Positions 57,409 to 64,000 of a DNA stretch of 64,000 bases are shown here, piece after piece (position 1 is the stretch's first letter; each line of letters begins with the position of its first letter). The position numbers and the translations under genes were made by a program. Source of the stretch: an archaeon (GTDB taxonomy: Archaea; Nanobdellota; Nanobdellia; Pacearchaeales; GW2011-AR1). The DNA lies in the NCBI GenBank assembly GCA_043810775.1, contig JBDRNU010000015.1, positions 96,889 through 160,888 of the forward strand, in the 5' to 3' direction. The notes under the pieces were generated by a model, which was given only the letters and a program-made list of their open reading frames with translations, did not search any database and was not told the DNA's origin.

Positions 57409-59323
57409 AAGCATTAAGAACCCTTATATCCGGCGATAACAAGTAAATATGGTCATTTTCAGATCTAAGCCCCCTGTATACTCTCTGCAGAAACTCTCTT
57501 CTTGCCTTATCAATATAAAAAGCATTATAATGGTCTGGCCTGGTTTTTCTTAAAATTCTCCAAAAAATAGAATTAATATTTGGATAAGGGTATTTAGTAA
57601 GTATTATGCTATTGCAAACCTCTCCTGGAAAGTCTACACCCCTATTACACTTTGTAGAGTAAAGGATATCTATTTTACCATCTTTAAATTTCTTAACTTC
57701 ATTTTCAGCATTTTTTTGCTCACTAATAAAATCTTCCCTGCTGATAATTTTTAAGTCATATTTACAAATTTCCTCCCTAGTAGGAAGGTCAGAATAAGCG
57801 TAAACATGAACTAAAATTGGCTTTTTAGCTTTATCCAAGCACCGGTTTAATGCAAATAAGTACTGAGCCCTAGTCACCTTTCCGCTCTGAAAGTTGCTAT
57901 ACTTGCAATCAACCTCATAACCTGTCTTCACCCTAGTTACTTGGCCAGGTGTTTGTGTTTCAGCATCAATCACTTTAAAATTATTTATCCCAAATATATT
58001 CTTTAAGACATTCTCAGAATGAATAGTTCCAGACATAAAAACCAAAACTTTATTTTTATCAAGCAGTTGTTTAAATCTTTTCTCAAGATTTGTAGTGACT
58101 AATCTGACTACAAGATCTTTTTCTTCTTTATAGAATGAGACATAAGTTTCATCAAAAAAACCCTCAAATATTCTGGCTATTTCCTCAACATGATAGCAGT
58201 AATTCTCATCATCGCACTCCACATAACTCATAAAGTTAGAATCTAAAAACTCTCTTAATAAATCAAAGATTTTCGTATCTTTTACAGGAATTATTTTATC
58301 ATTAATAATATGCTCTCCGATTTCATCATCTTTCAAAATTTCAAAGCTTAAATCAGTCAGTCTTTTAATTGTTTCATCAACTTTATCACTGTCCGAAAAT
58401 AAGCTTCCTAATGCAAAATTAAATTTATCAATGTTTATTTTTTTCTGATTTGAGAAACTATCTAAAAATTCATCACACTCATCAATTATTTCAATATCTG
58501 TAGCAGGTTTCCTGTTCATAAGAGTTTCAAGCTGATACTTTTGACTGTTAAATATAATTACATCCGCATTAACATAGGAACTAAACTGATCATAATATCC
58601 GCACCCCTTCTTCCTTTGATATATAGTGTATTTCTTGCCCATTAATCCAGTATAATTTTTTTTACTAACATTATCAAGTACACTAATATCTAATTCTGCT
58701 GGAATAATCGGGGACCAATACGGGCAAATAGGTGCAATGGAAATTCTTTTTACATTATTTATATTCATAAAAGCTGAAGGGTTAATTTTAGAGTTCTTTC
58801 TTAGATATTTTCTAATGATATATTCATTCTTGTTCTTTATCTCAATCTTGCAAGGAATGTTATTATTATTGCAAGAAATATCTTTTTCTACACTTGATTT
58901 TTGTGGCATTTTTATAAATCCATCCTCATCAAATATATCCAGAACCGAATTTTTTTCAGTTTTAGTAATTTGTTTTTCTTCTTCTAAAAAAGGGCATTTA
59001 TGATTTGCCCTTCCAGTAATACTTTTAATAATAAGCTTTTCCCCATTTTCTTTTAAAAGATATTTTTTATTAGTATAATCTTCCTTATACTGCTCCTGGA
59101 GGTTCTTAACAGGAACTATAATTGATGATTTTCCAATATTTTTAGCGAGATTTAAGGCAATAGCAGATTTTCCAGTTCCGCATACGCCCCTAATAAATAT
59201 AACTTTATGACCTTCATCAATTTCTTTTAAAACCTCCCTTACAACATCATCCTGGCTTTTACTGTTTGAGAAAACCAGTGGTTTTAATTCACTCTCTTTT
59301 TCATATAAACTCCAAGTTGACAT
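57401..59323 (-). CDS. SF2 helicase, DinG/XPD-like
   Basis: GVCGTGKS, LQEQY, GRANHKC, IIDECDEF, MSGT, RGVDFP, Q.V.RGLRSEND. Confidence 0.85.
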   Translation of the reverse strand: MSTWSLYEKESELKPLVFSNSKSQDDVVREVLKEIDEGHKVIFIRGVCGTGKSAIALNLAKNIGKSSIIVPVKNLQEQYKEDYTNKKYLLKENGEKLIIKSITGRANHKCPFLEEEKQITKTEKNSVLDIFDEDGFIKMPQKSSVEKDISCNNNNIPCKIEIKNKNEYIIRKYLRKNSKINPSAFMNINNVKRISIAPICPYWSPIIPAELDISVLDNVSKKNYTGLMGKKYTIYQRKKGCGYYDQFSSYVNADVIIFNSQKYQLETLMNRKPATDIEIIDECDEFLDSFSNQKKINIDKFNFALGSLFSDSDKVDETIKRLTDLSFEILKDDEIGEHIINDKIIPVKDTKIFDLLREFLDSNFMSYVECDDENYCYHVEEIARIFEGFFDETYVSFYKEEKDLVVRLVTTNLEKRFKQLLDKNKVLVFMSGTIHSENVLKNIFGINNFKVIDAETQTPGQVTRVKTGYEVDCKYSNFQSGKVTRAQYLFALNRCLDKAKKPILVHVYAYSDLPTREEICKYDLKIISREDFISEQKNAENEVKKFKDGKIDILYSTKCNRGVDFPGEVCNSIILTKYPYPNINSIFWRILRKTRPDHYNAFYIDKARREFLQRVYRGLRSENDHIYLLSPDIRVLNASI

Positions 59324-59379
59324 TTATCTGCATATAGATTTAGTTTTAAAAGCATTTGGGTAGTAAGAAAATATAATAT

Positions 59380-59928
59380 CTATATTTTTACATTAAACTC
59401 TCTAATTTCAGAGTTTTTTAATGGAATAAAATTATAATAATCTTTGATATCCTCATTTTTTATTAGGATTTCAAGACACATTAAAAAATTCTTATGACCA
59501 CAGACTAGAATTTTTTTGTCTGAATATTTTTTAAGAGACTTAAGGAATTTTTTAGCCCTTTCATATGTATCAGCAATAGACTCTCCATTTTTTGGCCTGT
59601 AAAATACTTTATCTAGTTTATTTTCATCACAATATTTTTGAAATGCTCCCATTTCCGAACCAGTAAAATCCCCAAGATTTCTTTCTAAAGTAAGTTCACT
59701 GATAATAACTTTAGGTTTGTTAATTGTTTCTAAAAAAGGTTGAATTGTCTGCAAATTTCTTTTTAATGGACTAACAATAAATAAATCCATTTTTAATTTT
59801 TTTAATTTAGAAATCAATTCATTAGCATCTTTTTTCCCTTTAACAGTCAGGCCAGAATCTATTTGGGAATCAGCTTTATCCTCTTTATTGCTTATTGATT
59901 CAGAATGGCGTAATAATATAATCTTCAT
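59380..59928 (-). CDS. Histidine phosphatase family protein
   Basis: LRHSES, SPLKR..QT, ERNLG, GES, VCGH. Confidence 0.88.
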   Translation of the reverse strand: MKIILLRHSESISNKEDKADSQIDSGLTVKGKKDANELISKLKKLKMDLFIVSPLKRNLQTIQPFLETINKPKVIISELTLERNLGDFTGSEMGAFQKYCDENKLDKVFYRPKNGESIADTYERAKKFLKSLKKYSDKKILVCGHKNFLMCLEILIKNEDIKDYYNFIPLKNSEIREFNVKI

Positions 59929-59999
59929 AGTTCAAAATAATACTAGGATATAAACCTTTTAAAAAGATAATCAAAAAGTAGGTAGGCAATGGGAAATTT

Positions 60000-62822
<2,823 letters not shown>

Positions 62823-62918
62823 AATTTCCTATTGCCTACCTACTTGCTTCATTGATCATTCTCAGCGTGATAAATTATCTTTGATAATTCACCACTATCA
62901 CATAAGTGATTATGAAAT

Positions 62919-63164
62919 TTAATTTTCAAGACTCGATAATGTTATTGATCTATTTTCATCTCGAGCTTTTTTAATCTGTGCTTCTTGTTCAGGAGTTATT
63001 TCTTTGTAACTTAAATTACTTGGATGCACTCCAGTAACTAAAGTGTAGATAGGTAAGATTGTTTCACTCATAAATTTATCAACATCTCCTGTATCATCTA
63101 CAGCTAATCCTCCTGTATCAATTACTAAATCATTGCTAGCAATTGCATAACTTCTTGATGTCAT
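62919..63164 (-). CDS. Hypothetical 81-aa protein inside the 16S-23S spacer
   Basis: ORF with SD AAGGAG upstream and coding-like composition. Confidence 0.65.
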   Translation of the reverse strand: MTSRSYAIASNDLVIDTGGLAVDDTGDVDKFMSETILPIYTLVTGVHPSNLSYKEITPEQEAQIKKARDENRSITLSSLEN

Positions 63165-63189
63165 TTAAATCTCCTTAGAAAACATTAAG

Positions 63190-63262
63190 TGGACCCACCG
63201 GGAGTCGAACCCGGATCACCTCCTTGCAAAGGAGGCATCTTGAGCCATTAGACTATGGGCCC
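63190..63262 (-). tRNA. tRNA-Ala(TGC)
   Basis: GGGCCCA/TGGGTCC acceptor with G3:U70, CCTCC-TTTGCAA-GGAGG anticodon arm, TTCGA T-loop. Confidence 0.95.
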
Positions 63263-63360
63263 CGATTCTATCTTAAGATAAAATCGGTTTTTAATATTTT
63301 CTATTTATTATAAAAAATGTTAACTAGTAAAGTTACTCTTGCTTCCGAATTTAAATTTAT

Positions 63361-64000
63361 AGGAGGTGATCCATCCGCAGGTTCCCCTACGGATACCTTG
63401 TGACAACTTCACTTACCTTGTCATACAGAGATTCGTTCCCGAAGGACCTCACCAACGCATAACTCGGTTAGTGTGATGGGCGGTGTGTGCAAGAGACAGG
63501 GACTTATTCACCGCTCGCTGATAACAAGCGATTACTACGGATTCCAGCGTCATGAGGATGGGTTGCAACCCTCAATTCGAACTAAGCTGCACTTTATGGG
63601 ATTAGCTTCTCCTTTCGGAGTTGCATCTCATTGAATGCAGCATTGCCGCGCGCGTGTAGCCCAGGGGATTAGGGGCGTACTCACCTAACGTAGCCCGAAC
63701 CTTCCTCCTTGTTACCAAGGCAGTCTGTATAGTGTAGCATCTTATTCAGATAGCAACTATACATACGGGTCTCGCCTGTTACCTGATTTAACAGGTCACC
63801 TCACGGCACAGGCTGACGTCGGCCATGCACCTCCGCTCTGCGTGTCAGGTAAGCCCTTCAGACTGACCTTCATCCTGCAGTCGCTCCTGGTGAGATTCAC
63901 GGTGTGGACTCTAATTGAACCGCACGCGTCACCCGTTGTAGTGTCTCCCCGCCAATTCCTTTAAGTTTCGGCCTTGCGGCTATACTCCCCAGGTAGCACA
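63361..64000 (-). rRNA. rrs: 16S rRNA, 3' part (continues beyond window)
   Basis: Anti-SD end GATCACCTCCT, gggcggtgtgtgcaag, ccgccaattcctttaagttt. Confidence 0.97.

Overview
AT-rich, gene-dense archaeal DNA, most consistent with a DPANN (Pacearchaeota/Woesearchaeota-like) genome. Support comes from a fused PriS-PriL primase, PCNA, Hjc, eS19/eL39/eL31, Cbf5, TrmY, form III RuBisCO and a divergent archaeal 16S/23S. From left to right, the window starts with a tandemly duplicated cassette of a class III signal-peptide (pilin-like) gene plus a giant Cys-rich membrane protein, followed by a PCNA/primase/solo-Cas4 cluster, Cys-rich surface proteins and lysS. Next come a short histone-fold gene missed by the ORF track, a DUF6884-like/NDT/GIY-YIG three-gene operon (candidate defence system), tRNA-modification and ribosomal protein genes, a frameshifted GNAT-HDAC fusion, RuBisCO and cysS. 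The right part holds an intron-containing tRNA-Phe, an RNase P RNA with hairpin insertions, an arsenic/metal-resistance cluster, Ca2+ transport genes and a DinG/XPD-like helicase. It ends in a minus-strand rRNA locus (partial 16S, tRNA-Ala, an ORF in the spacer, 23S, no adjacent 5S). All calls come from motif recognition by eye; no searches were run.
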